Of a DNA stretch of 64,000 bases, positions 33,497 to 43,944 are shown one piece after another. The stretch is from the IMG/VR virus record IMGVR_UViG_2875703104_000004; one strand, written 5' to 3'. Made by a program: the position numbers and the translations under genes. Each line of letters starts with the position of its first letter. The stretch's first letter is position 1. Under the pieces are notes generated by a model that made no database searches, was not told the origin of the DNA, and saw only the letters and a list, made by a program, of their open reading frames with translations. The stretch is from a virus. Taxonomy: Duplodnaviria; Heunggongvirae; Uroviricota; Caudoviricetes.

Positions 33497-33844
33497 ATGG
33501 TGACGAAAACCATCACTGAACAGCGTGCGGAAGTACGTATTTTTGCCGGTAATGATCCGGCTCACACCGCCACAGGCAGCAGCGGGATTTCCTCGGCAAC
33601 ACCGGCACTGACACCCCTGATGCTGGATGGGGCCACCGGGAAACTGGTGGTCTGGGACGGACAGAAAGCCGGTAGTGCGGTTGGCATACTGGTACTGCCG
33701 CTTGAAGGCACAGAGGCGGTGCTGACGTATTACAAGTCGGGGACCTTTGCGACGGAGGCAATCCGCTGGCCTGAAAGTGTGGATGAACACAAAAAGGCCA
33801 ACGCCTTTACCGGCAGTGCCCTGAGTCACGCGGCGCTGCCGTAA
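33497..33844 (+). CDS. D: Head decoration protein D (copy 2)
   Basis: 115 aa. Confidence 0.9.
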   Translation: MVTKTITEQRAEVRIFAGNDPAHTATGSSGISSATPALTPLMLDGATGKLVVWDGQKAGSAVGILVLPLEGTEAVLTYYKSGTFATEAIRWPESVDEHKKANAFTGSALSHAALP

Positions 33845-33901
33845 CACGTTATCAGGCCACCGCGTTGGCCTGACTGATTTCTTAATGAAAGGAACTGATT
33901 T

Positions 33902-34930
33902 ATGGGATTGTTTACGACCCGCCAGTTACTCGGTTATACCGAACAAAAAGTGAAATTCCGTGCGCTGTTTCTGGAGCTGTTTTTCCGCCGTACGGTGAAT
34001 TTCCACACCGAAGAGGTGATGCTGGACAAAATTACCGGAAAAACGCCGGTGGCGGCCTATGTCTCCCCGATCGTTGAAGGAAAAGTGCTTCGCCATCGCG
34101 GTGGTGAAACCCGCGTGTTACGTCCGGGCTACGTCAAGCCCAAACACGAATTTAATTACCAGCAGGCGGTTGAGCGCCTTCCTGGTGAAGATCCGGCTCA
34201 GCTGAACGACCCGGCCTACCGTCGTCTGCGTATCATTACCGATAACCTCAAACAGGAAGAGCACGCCATTGTCCAGGTGGAAGAAATGCAGGCGGTGAAT
34301 GCCGTGCTGTATGGCAAATACACCATGGAAGGGGATCAGTTTGATACTGTCGAGGTGGATTTCGGGCGCTCTGAAGGAAATAACATTGAGCAGGCTGACG
34401 GTAAAAAATGGTCTGAGCAGGACCGTGATACGTTTGATCCGACGCATGATATTGACCTCTACTGCGATCAGGCCAGCGGCCTTGTGAATATCGCCATTAT
34501 GGACGGTACGGTCTGGCGTCTGCTGAATGGCTTTAAGCTGTTCCGCGAAAAACTGGATACCCGTCGCGGCTCAAATTCACAACTCGAAACGGCAGTGAAA
34601 GACCTGGGGGCGGTGGTGTCCTTCAAGGGGTATTACGGCGATCTGGCCATTGTGGTGGCGAAAACGTCTTATGTGGCAGAGGACGGTACCGAAAAACGTT
34701 ATCTGCCGGAGGGCACACTGGTCCTGGGGAATACGGCAGCAGAGGGCATTCGTTGCTATGGTGCCATTCAGGATGCGCAGGCGTTGTCCGAAGGTGTGGT
34801 GGCCTCTTCCCGTTATCCGAAACACTGGCTGACCGTGGGCGATCCGGCCCGTGAATTCACCATGACGCAGTCCGCACCGCTGATGGTGCTGCCGGATCCG
34901 GATGAGTTTGTGGTGGTACAGGTGAAATAA
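33902..34930 (+). CDS. E: Major capsid protein E (copy 2)
   Basis: 342 aa. Confidence 0.95.
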   Translation: MGLFTTRQLLGYTEQKVKFRALFLELFFRRTVNFHTEEVMLDKITGKTPVAAYVSPIVEGKVLRHRGGETRVLRPGYVKPKHEFNYQQAVERLPGEDPAQLNDPAYRRLRIITDNLKQEEHAIVQVEEMQAVNAVLYGKYTMEGDQFDTVEVDFGRSEGNNIEQADGKKWSEQDRDTFDPTHDIDLYCDQASGLVNIAIMDGTVWRLLNGFKLFREKLDTRRGSNSQLETAVKDLGAVVSFKGYYGDLAIVVAKTSYVAEDGTEKRYLPEGTLVLGNTAAEGIRCYGAIQDAQALSEGVVASSRYPKHWLTVGDPAREFTMTQSAPLMVLPDPDEFVVVQVK

Positions 34931-34939
34931 TCCGTGAGC

Positions 34940-34967
34940 GGGGGCGAAATGCCCCCGTGTCTTTTTT
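34940..34967 (+). terminator. Terminator-like hairpin after E (copy 2)
   Basis: GGGGGC-gaaat-GCCCCC + T6. Confidence 0.45.
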
Positions 34968-34981
34968 CACAGGAGGCTGAG

Positions 34982-35365
34982 ATGGCAACAAAAGAAGAAA
35001 ATCTGAATCGTCTTCGTCAACTGGCTGGCCTGCTGGGGCGCGAGGCGGATATGTCGGGGAGTGCTGCGGATATTGCTCAACGTGTGTCTGAGTGGGAAGA
35101 GGAGCTTGCTGTTTCCCCGGAGGGCATTATGCACTCTGATGAGAGCGGGGCTGATCAAAATCACACAGACGATGGTGAGCAGTTGCACAACACTGATGCT
35201 ACGGATGATGTTAAAGCGGTCCGTGTGCGGAAATGCCTGCATGTGATGGGGTATTGCCCGGAGACAGGCCGTCCCGTTGAACTGACGTACCGGGGCATGC
35301 GTGTTATGGTGCCATCACCACTGGCGACAGCCATGATACAGCACGGAACGGCTGAGCATGCGTGA
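34982..35365 (+). CDS. FI: DNA packaging protein FI (copy 2, divergent C-terminal half)
   Basis: MATKEENLNRLRQLAGLLGRE...; C-terminal half unrelated to copy 1. Confidence 0.75.
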   Translation: MATKEENLNRLRQLAGLLGREADMSGSAADIAQRVSEWEEELAVSPEGIMHSDESGADQNHTDDGEQLHNTDATDDVKAVRVRKCLHVMGYCPETGRPVELTYRGMRVMVPSPLATAMIQHGTAEHA

Positions 35366-35711
35366 TTTTCAGAATGCCTTTGATGCTGCCCTTGCCGGGG
35401 TGGACAGCACGATTGTTGAAGTGATGGGGATCCGTGCGCAGTTCACCTCCGGAGCACAACGTGGCGGCGAAGTTCAGGGGGTTTTTGACGATCCGGAGTC
35501 GCTGGGTTTTGCCGGTGGCGGGGTCCGTATTGAAGGAAGCAGCCCGTCATTATTTGTGCGGACGGATACGGTGCGTGCCGTGCGGCGTGGTGACACGCTG
35601 ACCATTAACGGCGAGATGTTCTGGGTGGATCGTGTTTCTCCGGATGACGGGGGAAGCTGTTATCTCTGGCTCAACCGTGGGCAACCACCCGCTGTTAACC
35701 GGCGACGATAA
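35358..35711 (+). CDS. FII: Head-tail connector FII (copy 2)
   Basis: 117 aa. Confidence 0.85.
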   Translation: MRDFQNAFDAALAGVDSTIVEVMGIRAQFTSGAQRGGEVQGVFDDPESLGFAGGGVRIEGSSPSLFVRTDTVRAVRRGDTLTINGEMFWVDRVSPDDGGSCYLWLNRGQPPAVNRRR

Positions 35712-35726
35712 ACGCAGGGTGAAATT

Positions 35727-36260
35727 ATGGCGATAAAAGGGCTTGATCAGGCGATTGATAATCTGAGCCGGGTTCGTAAAAACGCCATTCCGGCGGCTTC
35801 AGCAATGGCCATTAACCGCGTGGCCACAACGGCGATTAATCAGTCTTCATCACAGGTTGCCCGGGAGACAAAGGTACGCCGGAAACTGGTAAAGGAACGG
35901 TCCAGACTGAAACGGGCGACGGTCAGAAATCCGAACGCAAAAATTATCGTTAACCGCGGTGATCTTCCAGTGATTAAGCTGGGGATCAGGATGCTGGGCC
36001 GTCGTCCGAACAGCATACTTAAAGCCGGTCAGCATCGGTATCAGCGGGCATTCATTCAGCGATTAAAAAACGGTCGCTGGCATGTCATGCAGCGTGTGGC
36101 CGGGAAAAACCGTTACCCTATTGATGTGGTGAAAATCCCGATGGCGGCCCCACTGAAACAGGCGTTTGATGAGAATGTTGACCGTATCCGGCGTGAACGC
36201 CTGCCCGGAGAACTGGCATCCGCGCTGAAACAACAACTGAGGATTGCGATAAAACGATGA
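35727..36260 (+). CDS. Z: Tail completion protein Z (copy 2)
   Basis: 177 aa. Confidence 0.9.
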   Translation: MAIKGLDQAIDNLSRVRKNAIPAASAMAINRVATTAINQSSSQVARETKVRRKLVKERSRLKRATVRNPNAKIIVNRGDLPVIKLGIRMLGRRPNSILKAGQHRYQRAFIQRLKNGRWHVMQRVAGKNRYPIDVVKIPMAAPLKQAFDENVDRIRRERLPGELASALKQQLRIAIKR

Positions 36261-36652
36261 AACACACTGACATTCGTGCCGCAGTGCTGGATGCACTCGA
36301 GCAGCATGAACACGGGGCGACGCTGTTTGATGGTCGCCCCGTTGTTTTTGACGAAGAGGATTTTCCTGCGATCGCGGTTTATCTGACGGATGCAGAGTAT
36401 ACCGGTGAAGAGCTGGATGCAGATACCTGGCGGGCCACGCTGCATATTGAGGTGTTTTTACCGGCACAGGTACCGGATTCAGAGCTTGATCAGTGGATGG
36501 AAAGCCGGATTTACCCGGCGATGACCGCGATCCCGGCACTGGCAGGACTGATTACCACGATGGTTACGCAGGGCTATGAGTATCGTCGTGATGACGATAT
36601 GGCGTTATGGAGTTCTGCAGATCTGACTTATTCCATTACATACGAGATGTGA
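36257..36652 (+). CDS. U: Tail terminator U (copy 2)
   Basis: 131 aa. Confidence 0.9.
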   Translation: MKHTDIRAAVLDALEQHEHGATLFDGRPVVFDEEDFPAIAVYLTDAEYTGEELDADTWRATLHIEVFLPAQVPDSELDQWMESRIYPAMTAIPALAGLITTMVTQGYEYRRDDDMALWSSADLTYSITYEM

Positions 36653-36659
36653 GGACGAT

Positions 36660-37406
36660 ATGGCAACACCAAATCCCCTTGAGCCGGTAAAAGGTGCCGG
36701 TACCACTCTGTGGGTTTACAACGGCAAGGCTGATGCTTATGCAAACCCGTTGTCAGACGATGGCTGGCAGCGACTGGCTAAGGTGAAGGATCTGACGCCG
36801 GGCGAGATGACGGCTGAACCCTACGATGATAACTACCTGGATGATGAAGACGCGGACTGGACCGCGACCGGGCAGGGACAGAAATCTGCAGGTGATACCA
36901 GTTTTACGCTGGCCTGGAAACCGGGAGAGGAAGGCCAGAAAGGGCTTATAGGCTGGTTTGAAAGCGGCGATGTCCGGGCCTATAAAATCCGTTTTCCGAA
37001 TGGCACGGTGGATGTGTTTCGTGGCTGGGTCAGCAGTATCGGTAAGGCCGTGACGGCGAAAGAAGTGATCACCCGCACGGTGAAAGTCACTAACGTGGGT
37101 AAACCTTCTGTAGCGGAAGAACGCAGCAAAATTACGCCGGTCACTGCGATTAAGGTGACGCCGACAGGTACGGTTGAAAAAGGGAAAACAACCACCCTGA
37201 CCGTTACTGTGGAACCGGAAAATGCAACGGATAAGACATTCAGGGCGATTTCCGCCGATCCATCAAAAGCCACCATTAGCGTGAAAGATATGACGATTAC
37301 TGTGGCGGGGGTTAAGGATGGAAAAGTCAGCATCCCTGTGATTTCCGGTAATGGTCAGTTTGCTGCGGTGGCTGAAATTACCGTTAATAATGTGCCGGGT
37401 GGCTAA
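36660..37406 (+). CDS. V: Major tail protein V (copy 2)
   Basis: 248 aa. Confidence 0.95.
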   Translation: MATPNPLEPVKGAGTTLWVYNGKADAYANPLSDDGWQRLAKVKDLTPGEMTAEPYDDNYLDDEDADWTATGQGQKSAGDTSFTLAWKPGEEGQKGLIGWFESGDVRAYKIRFPNGTVDVFRGWVSSIGKAVTAKEVITRTVKVTNVGKPSVAEERSKITPVTAIKVTPTGTVEKGKTTTLTVTVEPENATDKTFRAISADPSKATISVKDMTITVAGVKDGKVSIPVISGNGQFAAVAEITVNNVPGG

Positions 37407-37424
37407 AGAGCTGAGAGATAAGCG

Positions 37425-37856
37425 ATGTTCCTGAAAACAGAACAATTTGAATATAACGGTGTATCCGTCACGCTTTCTGAGCTGTCTGCGCTGCAGCGTA
37501 TTGAGCATCTTGCCCTCCTGAAACGGCGGGCAGAAGAGGCTGAAGCCAGCGGCAACCTGCAGGTGAGTGTGGAAGATCTTGTCAGAACCGGCGCGTTTCT
37601 GGTGGCGATGTCCCTGTGGCATAACCATCCACAGAAAACGCAGTCACCGTCAATGAATGAGGCCGTGATGAAGATAGAGCAGGAAGTGCTCACCACCTGG
37701 CCTGCCGATGCCATTGCCCGGGCGGAAGACGTGGTGTTGTGCCTGTCCGGGATGATCGAAGCTGTTCGTCCGGATACTGATATTACTGAAGTGGCGAAAA
37801 ATAACACGCTGACTGATGATGATTTTTCTGCGGGAAAGTCTTCGACGGCGAGCTGA
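37425..37856 (+). CDS. G: Tail assembly chaperone G (copy 2)
   Basis: 143 aa. Confidence 0.9.
   Translation: MFLKTEQFEYNGVSVTLSELSALQRIEHLALLKRRAEEAEASGNLQVSVEDLVRTGAFLVAMSLWHNHPQKTQSPSMNEAVMKIEQEVLTTWPADAIARAEDVVLCLSGMIEAVRPDTDITEVAKNNTLTDDDFSAGKSSTAS
37832..37838 (+). promoter_or_regulatory. Programmed -1 frameshift slippery heptamer G GGA AAG (copy 2)
   Basis: GGGAAAG in G zero frame; -1 frame open to 38296. Confidence 0.85.
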
Positions 37857-38296
37857 ACTTTGCCCTCAGACTGGCGCGTGAGATGGGGAGACCCGACTGG
37901 CGCGCCATGCTTGCCGGGATGACATCCACCGAATATGCCGACTGGCACCGTTTTTACCGCACGCATTATTTTCAGGATACCCAGCTGGATATGCATTTTT
38001 CCGGGCTGACGTACGCTGTACTCAGCCTGTTTTTTTGCGATCCGGATATGCATCCCTCTGATTTCAGTCTGCTTGTCCCCCGGCATGAGGAAGAGCAGGT
38101 GGAGAGGCCGGATGAGGACAAAATGCTGATGCAGAAAGCGGCAGGACTTGCCGGAGGCGTCCGGTTCGGTGGGGACGGAGGGCGCGATATTTTATCGTCT
38201 GTGGATGTGGCGGATGTCATGGTGGATGATGCCGCATTAATGATGGCTTCAGCGGGGATTCCGGGAGGTGTGAGATATGTCCCAGCCGGTTGGTGA
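37838..38296 (+). CDS. T: T segment of gpGT fusion (copy 2)
   Basis: -1 frame after slippery site. Confidence 0.8.
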   Translation, partial: VFDGELNFALRLAREMGRPDWRAMLAGMTSTEYADWHRFYRTHYFQDTQLDMHFSGLTYAVLSLFFCDPDMHPSDFSLLVPRHEEEQVERPDEDKMLMQKAAGLAGGVRFGGDGGRDILSSVDVADVMVDDAALMMASAGIPGGVRYVPAGW

Positions 38297-40988
38297 TCTT
38301 GTTATTGACCTGAGTCTGGATGCTGTCCGTTTCGATGAGCAGATGAGCCGGGTAAGGCGTCATTTTTCAGGTCTGGATACCGACGCCAGAAAAACCGCCA
38401 GTGCTGTTGAACAGGGCCTGAGCCGCCAGGCGCTGGCTGCACAAAAAGCCGGGATTTCCGTCGGGCAGTATAAAGCGGCCATGCGAACCCTGCCCGCACA
38501 GTTTACGGATATCGCCACGCAGCTTGCCGGTGGTCAGAATCCCTGGCTGATCCTGCTGCAACAGGGCGGTCAGGTGAAGGACTCCTTCGGCGGGATGATC
38601 CCCATGTTCAGGGGGCTTGCCGGTGCGATCACCCTGCCGATGGTCGGGGTCACCTCGCTGGCGGTGGCGACAGGTGCGCTGGTGTACGCCTGGTACCAGG
38701 GAGATTCCACGCTTTCAGCGTTTAATAAAACCCTGGTTCTTTCCGGTAATCAGTCCGGACTGACTGCCGATCGCATGCTGACGCTCTCCAGAGCCGGACA
38801 GGCCGCAGGGCTGACGTTTAACCAGGCGAGTGAGTCACTGGCAGCCCTGGTGAATGCCGGTGTGCGTGGTGGTGAACAGTTTGATGCCATCAACCAGAGT
38901 GTCGCGCGTTTTGCTTCTGCATCCGGTGTGGAGGTGGACAAGGTTGCAGAGGCTTTCGGAAAACTGACCACTGACCCGACGTCGGGGCTGATTGCGATGG
39001 CGAAGCAGTTCCATAACGTGACGGCGGAGCAGATTGCGTATGTTGCTCAGTTGCAGCGTTCCGGCGATGAAGCCGGGGCATTGCAGGCGGCGAACGAGGC
39101 CGCAACGAAAGGGTTTGATGACCAGACCCGACGCTTGAAAGAGAACATGGGCACGCTGGAAACCTGGGCAGACAGGACAGCACGGGCATTCAAATCCATG
39201 TGGGATGCGGTGCTGGATATTGGTCGTCCTGATACCGCGCAGGAGATGCTGATTAAGGCAGAGGCCGCGTTTAAGAAAGCGGACGATATCTGGAATCTGC
39301 GCAAGGATGATTATTTTGTTAACGATGAAGCGCGGGCGCGTTACTGGGATGATCGTGAAAAGGCCCGTCTTGCGCTTGAAGCCGCCCGAAAGAAGGCTGA
39401 GCAGCAGAGTCAACAGGACAAAAATGCGCAGCAGCAGAGCGATACCGAAGCGTCACGGCTGAAATATACCGAAGAGGCGCAGAAGGCTTACGAACGGCTG
39501 CAGACGCCGCTGGAGAAATATACCGCCCGTCAGGAAGAACTGAACAAGGCACTGAAAGACGGGAAAATCCTGCAGGCGGATTACAACACGCTGATGGCGG
39601 CGGCGAAAAAGGATTATGAAGCGACGCTGAAAAAGCCGAAACAGTCCGGCGTGAAGGTGTCTGCGGGCGATCGTCAGGAAGACAGTGCTCATGCTGCCCT
39701 GCTGACGCTTCAGGCNGAACTCCGGACGCTGGAGAAGCATGCCGGAGCAAATGAGAAAATCAGCCAGCAGCGCCGGGATTTGTGGAAGGCGGAGAGTCAG
39801 TTCGCGGTACTGGAGGAGGCGGCGCAACGTCGCCAGCTGTCTGCACAGGAGAAATCCCTGCTGGCGCATAAAGATGAGACGCTGGAGTACAAACGCCAGC
39901 TGGCTGCACTTGGCGACAAGGTTACGTATCAGGAGCGCCTGAACGCGCTGGCGCAGCAGGCGGATAAATTCGCACAGCAGCAACGGGCAANNNNNNNNNN
40001 NNNNNNNNNNNTGGCGCATAAAGATGAGACGCTGGAGTACAAACGCCAGCTGGCTGCACTTGGCGACAAGGTTACGTATCAGGAGCGCCTGAACGCGCTG
40101 GCGCAGCAGGCGGATAAATTCGCACAGCAGCAACGGGCAAAACGGGCCGCCATTGATGCGAAAAGCCGGGGGCTGACTGACCGGCAGGCAGAACGGGAAG
40201 CCACGGAACAGCGCCTGAAGGAACAGTATGGCGATAATCCGCTGGCGCTGAATAACGTCATGTCAGAGCAGAAAAAGACCTGGGCGGCTGAAGACCTGCT
40301 TCGCGGGAACTGGATGGCAGGCCTCAGGTCCGGCTGGAGTGAGTGGGAAGAGAGTGCCACGGACAGTATGTCGCAGGTAAAAAGTGCAGCCACGCAGACC
40401 TTTGACGGTATTGCACAGAATATGGCAGCGATGCTGACCGGCAGCGAACAGAACTGGCGTGGTTTCACCCGTTCTGTGCTGTCCATGCTGACAGAGATTT
40501 TTCTGAAGCAGGCGATGGTGGGGATTGTCGGGAGTATCGGCAGCGCTATTGGCGGGGCTGTTGGTGGCGGCGCATCCGCGTCAGGCGGTACAGCCATTCA
40601 GGCCGCTGCGGCGAAATTCCATTTTGCAACCGGAGGATTTACGGGAACCGGCGGCAAATATGAGCCAGCGGGGATTGTTCACCGTGGTGAATTTGTCTTC
40701 ACGAAGGAGGCAACCAGCCGGATTGGTGTCGGCAACCTGTATCGTCTGATGCGCGGGTATGCGGAAGGTGGTTATGTCGGCGGTGCCGGAAGTCCGGCGC
40801 AGATGCGGCGGGCCGAAGGTATTAATTTTAATCAGAACAATCACGTGGTGATTCAGAACGACGGTATCAACGGACAGGCGGGGTCGCAGCTGATGAAGGC
40901 GGTGTATGACATGGCCCGCAAGGGGGCACAGGATGAACTCCGGCTGCAGTTGCGTGATGGCGGTCTGTTATCAGGGAGCGGTCGATGA
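38277..40988 (+). CDS. H: Tape measure protein H (copy 2), inflated by an N-gap with duplicated flanks
   Basis: 903-aa ORF; 21 N at 39991-40011 flanked by repeats of ~130 bp. Confidence 0.85.
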   Translation: MSQPVGDLVIDLSLDAVRFDEQMSRVRRHFSGLDTDARKTASAVEQGLSRQALAAQKAGISVGQYKAAMRTLPAQFTDIATQLAGGQNPWLILLQQGGQVKDSFGGMIPMFRGLAGAITLPMVGVTSLAVATGALVYAWYQGDSTLSAFNKTLVLSGNQSGLTADRMLTLSRAGQAAGLTFNQASESLAALVNAGVRGGEQFDAINQSVARFASASGVEVDKVAEAFGKLTTDPTSGLIAMAKQFHNVTAEQIAYVAQLQRSGDEAGALQAANEAATKGFDDQTRRLKENMGTLETWADRTARAFKSMWDAVLDIGRPDTAQEMLIKAEAAFKKADDIWNLRKDDYFVNDEARARYWDDREKARLALEAARKKAEQQSQQDKNAQQQSDTEASRLKYTEEAQKAYERLQTPLEKYTARQEELNKALKDGKILQADYNTLMAAAKKDYEATLKKPKQSGVKVSAGDRQEDSAHAALLTLQXELRTLEKHAGANEKISQQRRDLWKAESQFAVLEEAAQRRQLSAQEKSLLAHKDETLEYKRQLAALGDKVTYQERLNALAQQADKFAQQQRAXXXXXXXXAHKDETLEYKRQLAALGDKVTYQERLNALAQQADKFAQQQRAKRAAIDAKSRGLTDRQAEREATEQRLKEQYGDNPLALNNVMSEQKKTWAAEDLLRGNWMAGLRSGWSEWEESATDSMSQVKSAATQTFDGIAQNMAAMLTGSEQNWRGFTRSVLSMLTEIFLKQAMVGIVGSIGSAIGGAVGGGASASGGTAIQAAAAKFHFATGGFTGTGGKYEPAGIVHRGEFVFTKEATSRIGVGNLYRLMRGYAEGGYVGGAGSPAQMRRAEGINFNQNNHVVIQNDGINGQAGSQLMKAVYDMARKGAQDELRLQLRDGGLLSGSGR

Positions 40989-41314
40989 AAACCTTTCGCT
41001 GGAAAGTGAAGCCGGATATGGAGGTGAACTCGCAGCCATCGGTGCGTGAAGTGCGTTTTGGTGACGGGTACTCACAGCGTATGGCGGCAGGGCTGAATGC
41101 TGACCTGAAAACATACAGGGTGACGCTTTCCGTGACCCGGGAGGAGGCCCGGCATCTGGAAGCGTTCCTGGCAGAGCACGGTGGCTGGAAGGCATTTTTG
41201 TGGAAGCCACCCTATGCATACCGGCAGATAAAGGTGACCTGTGCCGGGTGGTCTGCGCGGGTCGGGATGTTGCGCGTTGAGTTCAGCGCGGAGTTTAAGC
41301 AGGTGGTGAACTGA
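40985..41314 (+). CDS. M: Tail tip protein M (copy 2)
   Basis: 109 aa. Confidence 0.9.
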   Translation: MKTFRWKVKPDMEVNSQPSVREVRFGDGYSQRMAAGLNADLKTYRVTLSVTREEARHLEAFLAEHGGWKAFLWKPPYAYRQIKVTCAGWSARVGMLRVEFSAEFKQVVN

Positions 41315-41949
41315 TGCAGGATATTCGCGAAGAAAGTCTGAACGAGTCGGTTAAGTCAGAGCAGTCACCGCGGGTGGTACTCTGGGAAATCGACCTGACG
41401 GTACAGGGTGGTGAGCGGTATTTTTTCTGTAATGAGCTGAATGAAAAAGGGGAGCCGGTCACCTGGCAGGGGCGTAAGTATGAGGCATACCCGATTGACG
41501 GCAGCGGCTTTGAGATGAACGGCCGGGGCAGCAGTGCCAGACCGTCGCTGACGGTGTCGGTCCGCCGCCGGGTGTATGCCCGTTTTCTGGATGCGGTGAA
41601 TTTCGTTGCGGGCAATCCGGAGGCGGACCCGGAGCAGGAGCTGAGTGACCGCTGGGTGGTGGAGCAGATGTCGCAGCTGACAGCCATGACGGCCTCGTTT
41701 GTGCTGGCTACACCGACCGAGACGGACGGGGCGCTGTTTCCCGGTCGCATCATGCTGGCGAACACCTGTATGTGGGATTACCGGGGAGATGAATGCGGGT
41801 ATAACGGTCCTGCGGTGGCGGATGAGTTCGATAAACCCACCACGGATATCCGTAAGGACAGATGCAGCAAGTGCATGCGCGGGTGTGAACTGCGCAGGAA
41901 TGTCGGCAATTTTGGCGGTTTCCTTTCCATTAATAAACTTTCGCAGTAA
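41314..41949 (+). CDS. L: Tail tip protein L (copy 2), 63-bp in-frame deletion
   Basis: 211 aa; lacks NLFGLVTGMAEDLQSLVGATV present in other copies. Confidence 0.85.
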   Translation: MQDIREESLNESVKSEQSPRVVLWEIDLTVQGGERYFFCNELNEKGEPVTWQGRKYEAYPIDGSGFEMNGRGSSARPSLTVSVRRRVYARFLDAVNFVAGNPEADPEQELSDRWVVEQMSQLTAMTASFVLATPTETDGALFPGRIMLANTCMWDYRGDECGYNGPAVADEFDKPTTDIRKDRCSKCMRGCELRRNVGNFGGFLSINKLSQ

Positions 41950-42145
41950 ATCCCGGTTTATGAGGCAGTCTGTGTTATGTATCTTCTTTCGGGTGGGTAC
42001 AGGGCAGTGCGCGATTTCTGGCGCAGGCAGATTGATAAAAGGGCCGCTGAGAGAATCAGCGCCAGTCAGTCAGCCGGAAGCAAACCCGAAGATCCGCTCA
42101 TTCCGTAGTCACTTTCTTGACAACACCTTTCAACGAGAAAATCCC

Positions 42146-42391
42146 ATGTCAGAAATCACATCCCTGGTCACTGCTGAGGCAGTGAAGGAAGTCCTGCGCT
42201 CTGAAGAAGTCCNGAGNGCACTGAAACAGAAACTCCGCCAGAACCTTGAGNCGCGTCTTGATGCAGAAGTGGATGCCATTCTGGATGAGCTGCTGGGCGT
42301 ACCAGCGGTTCCGGAGCCGGAAGGTATCGCGGGTGACGGGAGTGCTTCAGATGGCGGTGAACCCACACCTGACAGCGACATGATGATGTAA
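42146..42391 (+). CDS. Hypothetical acidic protein (81 aa)
   Basis: ATG 42146; [22 protein letters not shown]...[39 protein letters not shown]; 3 N inside; weak RBS. Confidence 0.35.
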   Translation: MSEITSLVTAEAVKEVLRSEEVXXALKQKLRQNLEXRLDAEVDAILDELLGVPAVPEPEGIAGDGSASDGGEPTPDSDMMM

Positions 42392-42467
42392 GCCTGCGCA
42401 AGGGACCATCGGTGTGTGCCGGTGGTCTTTATATTGTTGTGAGCTTCCGGATAACGGGAGACGGGGT

Positions 42468-42833
42468 ATGTACCAGATGGAAAAAATCACAACAGGTGTG
42501 TCATACACCACGTCAGCGGTGGGAACGGGCTACTGGTTCCTGCAGTTGCTGGACAGGGTTTCCCCGTCTCAGTGGGCGGCAATAGGCGTGCTGGGGAGTC
42601 TGCTGTTTGNNNNNNNNNNNNNNNNNNNNNAAAAAATCACAACAGGTGTGTCATACACCACGTCAGCGGTGGGAACGGGCTACTGGTTCCTGCAGTTGCT
42701 GGACAGGGTTTCCCCGTCTCAGTGGGCGGCAATAGGCGTGCTGGGGAGTCTGCTGTTTGGGCTGCTGACATATCTGACTAACCTGTATTTCAAAATCAGA
42801 GAGGACCGGCGTAAGGCGGCGCGGGGAGAGTAA
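42468..42833 (+). CDS. Phage 21-type pinholin (copy 3) with dual start MYQM; inflated by N-gap duplication
   Basis: ...[66 protein letters not shown]; 21 N at 42610-42630 with ~130-bp duplicated flanks. Confidence 0.8.
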   Translation: MYQMEKITTGVSYTTSAVGTGYWFLQLLDRVSPSQWAAIGVLGSLLFXXXXXXXXKITTGVSYTTSAVGTGYWFLQLLDRVSPSQWAAIGVLGSLLFGLLTYLTNLYFKIREDRRKAARGE

Positions 42834-42837
42834 AGCG

Positions 42838-43188
42838 ATGAAGAAAAAATACGAACTGGTTGTTAAAGGGATAAATAATTACCCGGATAAGATTACTGTT
42901 ACTGTGGCACTGGAAGTTGGTGGGTATCCGTCACTGTTGTTGCCAGATGTGGCGATTAGTCTTGACCGTACTGAAGGTGCCACGCTGGAGTTTTACGAAG
43001 CTGAGGCGAAAAAGCAGGCGAAGCAGTTTTTCATGGATGTTGCTGCCGGGTTATGTGAAGGGAACGAACCGTTGCCGGAAAAGCGCCCCGTGATTTTAGA
43101 GGCGCAGAATGTATGGATAACCTACAAAGGAAATCTACCGGGAAGAATTACTGGTTCTCTGAAGACTCCACCGGAATCACAACCTTAA
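42838..43188 (+). CDS. Hypothetical protein between holin and endolysin (YdfR-like position)
   Basis: 116 aa MKKKYELVVKGINNYPDKITVTVALEVGGYPSLLLPD... Confidence 0.5.
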   Translation: MKKKYELVVKGINNYPDKITVTVALEVGGYPSLLLPDVAISLDRTEGATLEFYEAEAKKQAKQFFMDVAAGLCEGNEPLPEKRPVILEAQNVWITYKGNLPGRITGSLKTPPESQP

Positions 43189-43251
43189 TTCACTGACCGG
43201 AACAGATAAACCTGTCCGTGGGCAGAAACCGATAAATCCTGATAAATATCC

Positions 43252-43785
43252 ATGAACGCAAAAATCAGATACGGCCTGTCGGCTGCCGTTCTGGCGCTGA
43301 TTGCCGCTGGTGCGCCTGCGCCTGACATTCTCGACCAGTTTCTGGATGAAAAGGAAGGTAACCACACCACGGCATACCGTGATGGTGCGGGGATCTGGAC
43401 CATCTGCCGTGGTGCCATCATGGTGGATGGTAAACCTGTTGTTCCAGGCATGAAGTTGTCGAAGGCAAAATGCGACCGGGTTAACGCCATTGAGCGTGAT
43501 AAGGCGCTGGCATGGGTGGAGAAAAACATCAGAGTGCCACTGACCGAACCCCAGAAAGCGGGGATCGCGTCATTCTGTCCGTACAACATTGGTCCCGGTA
43601 AGTGTTTCCCGTCGACGTTTTACAGACGAATTAATGCAGGTGATCGAAAAGGTGCCTGCGAAGCGATTCGCTGGTGGATTAAGGACGGTGGCAGAGACTG
43701 CCGTATTCGTTCAAACAACTGTTACGGTCAGGTATCCCGTCGCGACCAGGAGAGTGCGCTGGCGTGCTGGGGAATTGACAGATAA
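43252..43785 (+). CDS. SAR endolysin (lysozyme, 177 aa)
   Basis: N-terminal RYGLSAAVLALIAAGAPA SAR-like segment; lysozyme body. Confidence 0.85.
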   Translation: MNAKIRYGLSAAVLALIAAGAPAPDILDQFLDEKEGNHTTAYRDGAGIWTICRGAIMVDGKPVVPGMKLSKAKCDRVNAIERDKALAWVEKNIRVPLTEPQKAGIASFCPYNIGPGKCFPSTFYRRINAGDRKGACEAIRWWIKDGGRDCRIRSNNCYGQVSRRDQESALACWGIDR

Positions 43786-43877
43786 GCAGAATATTTTGCT
43801 GAAAAATGCGGTTTGCTCACACGGACGGATAACACGAAATCCTGCGAACTGACAAAAACTAAGTGAATAAAAGTAAA

Positions 43878-43917
43878 AACCCCGTTTGTTGGCTGCAAGC
43901 GGGGTTTTGTGTTTCCT
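43878..43917 (+). terminator. Terminator-like hairpin after endolysin
   Basis: AAAACCCCG-(15-nt loop)-CGGGGTTTT then GTGTTT. Confidence 0.4.
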
Positions 43918-43944
43918 GACTCTGGAAAAGTCAAAGGAGAAAGT

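Larger units (their letters stand above)
27074..41949 (+). mobile_element. Lambda-like head-tail module copy 2 (Nu1 to L), paralogous to copy 1
   Basis: Same gene order as 5672-19849 with SNPs and mosaic segments (Nu1, FI C-terminus). Confidence 0.8.

Noticed and set aside
43589-43852. 87-aa ORF in an alternative frame over the endolysin 3' end
   Set aside because: Embedded out of frame in the endolysin gene, with no features of an embedded lysis gene such as Rz1.
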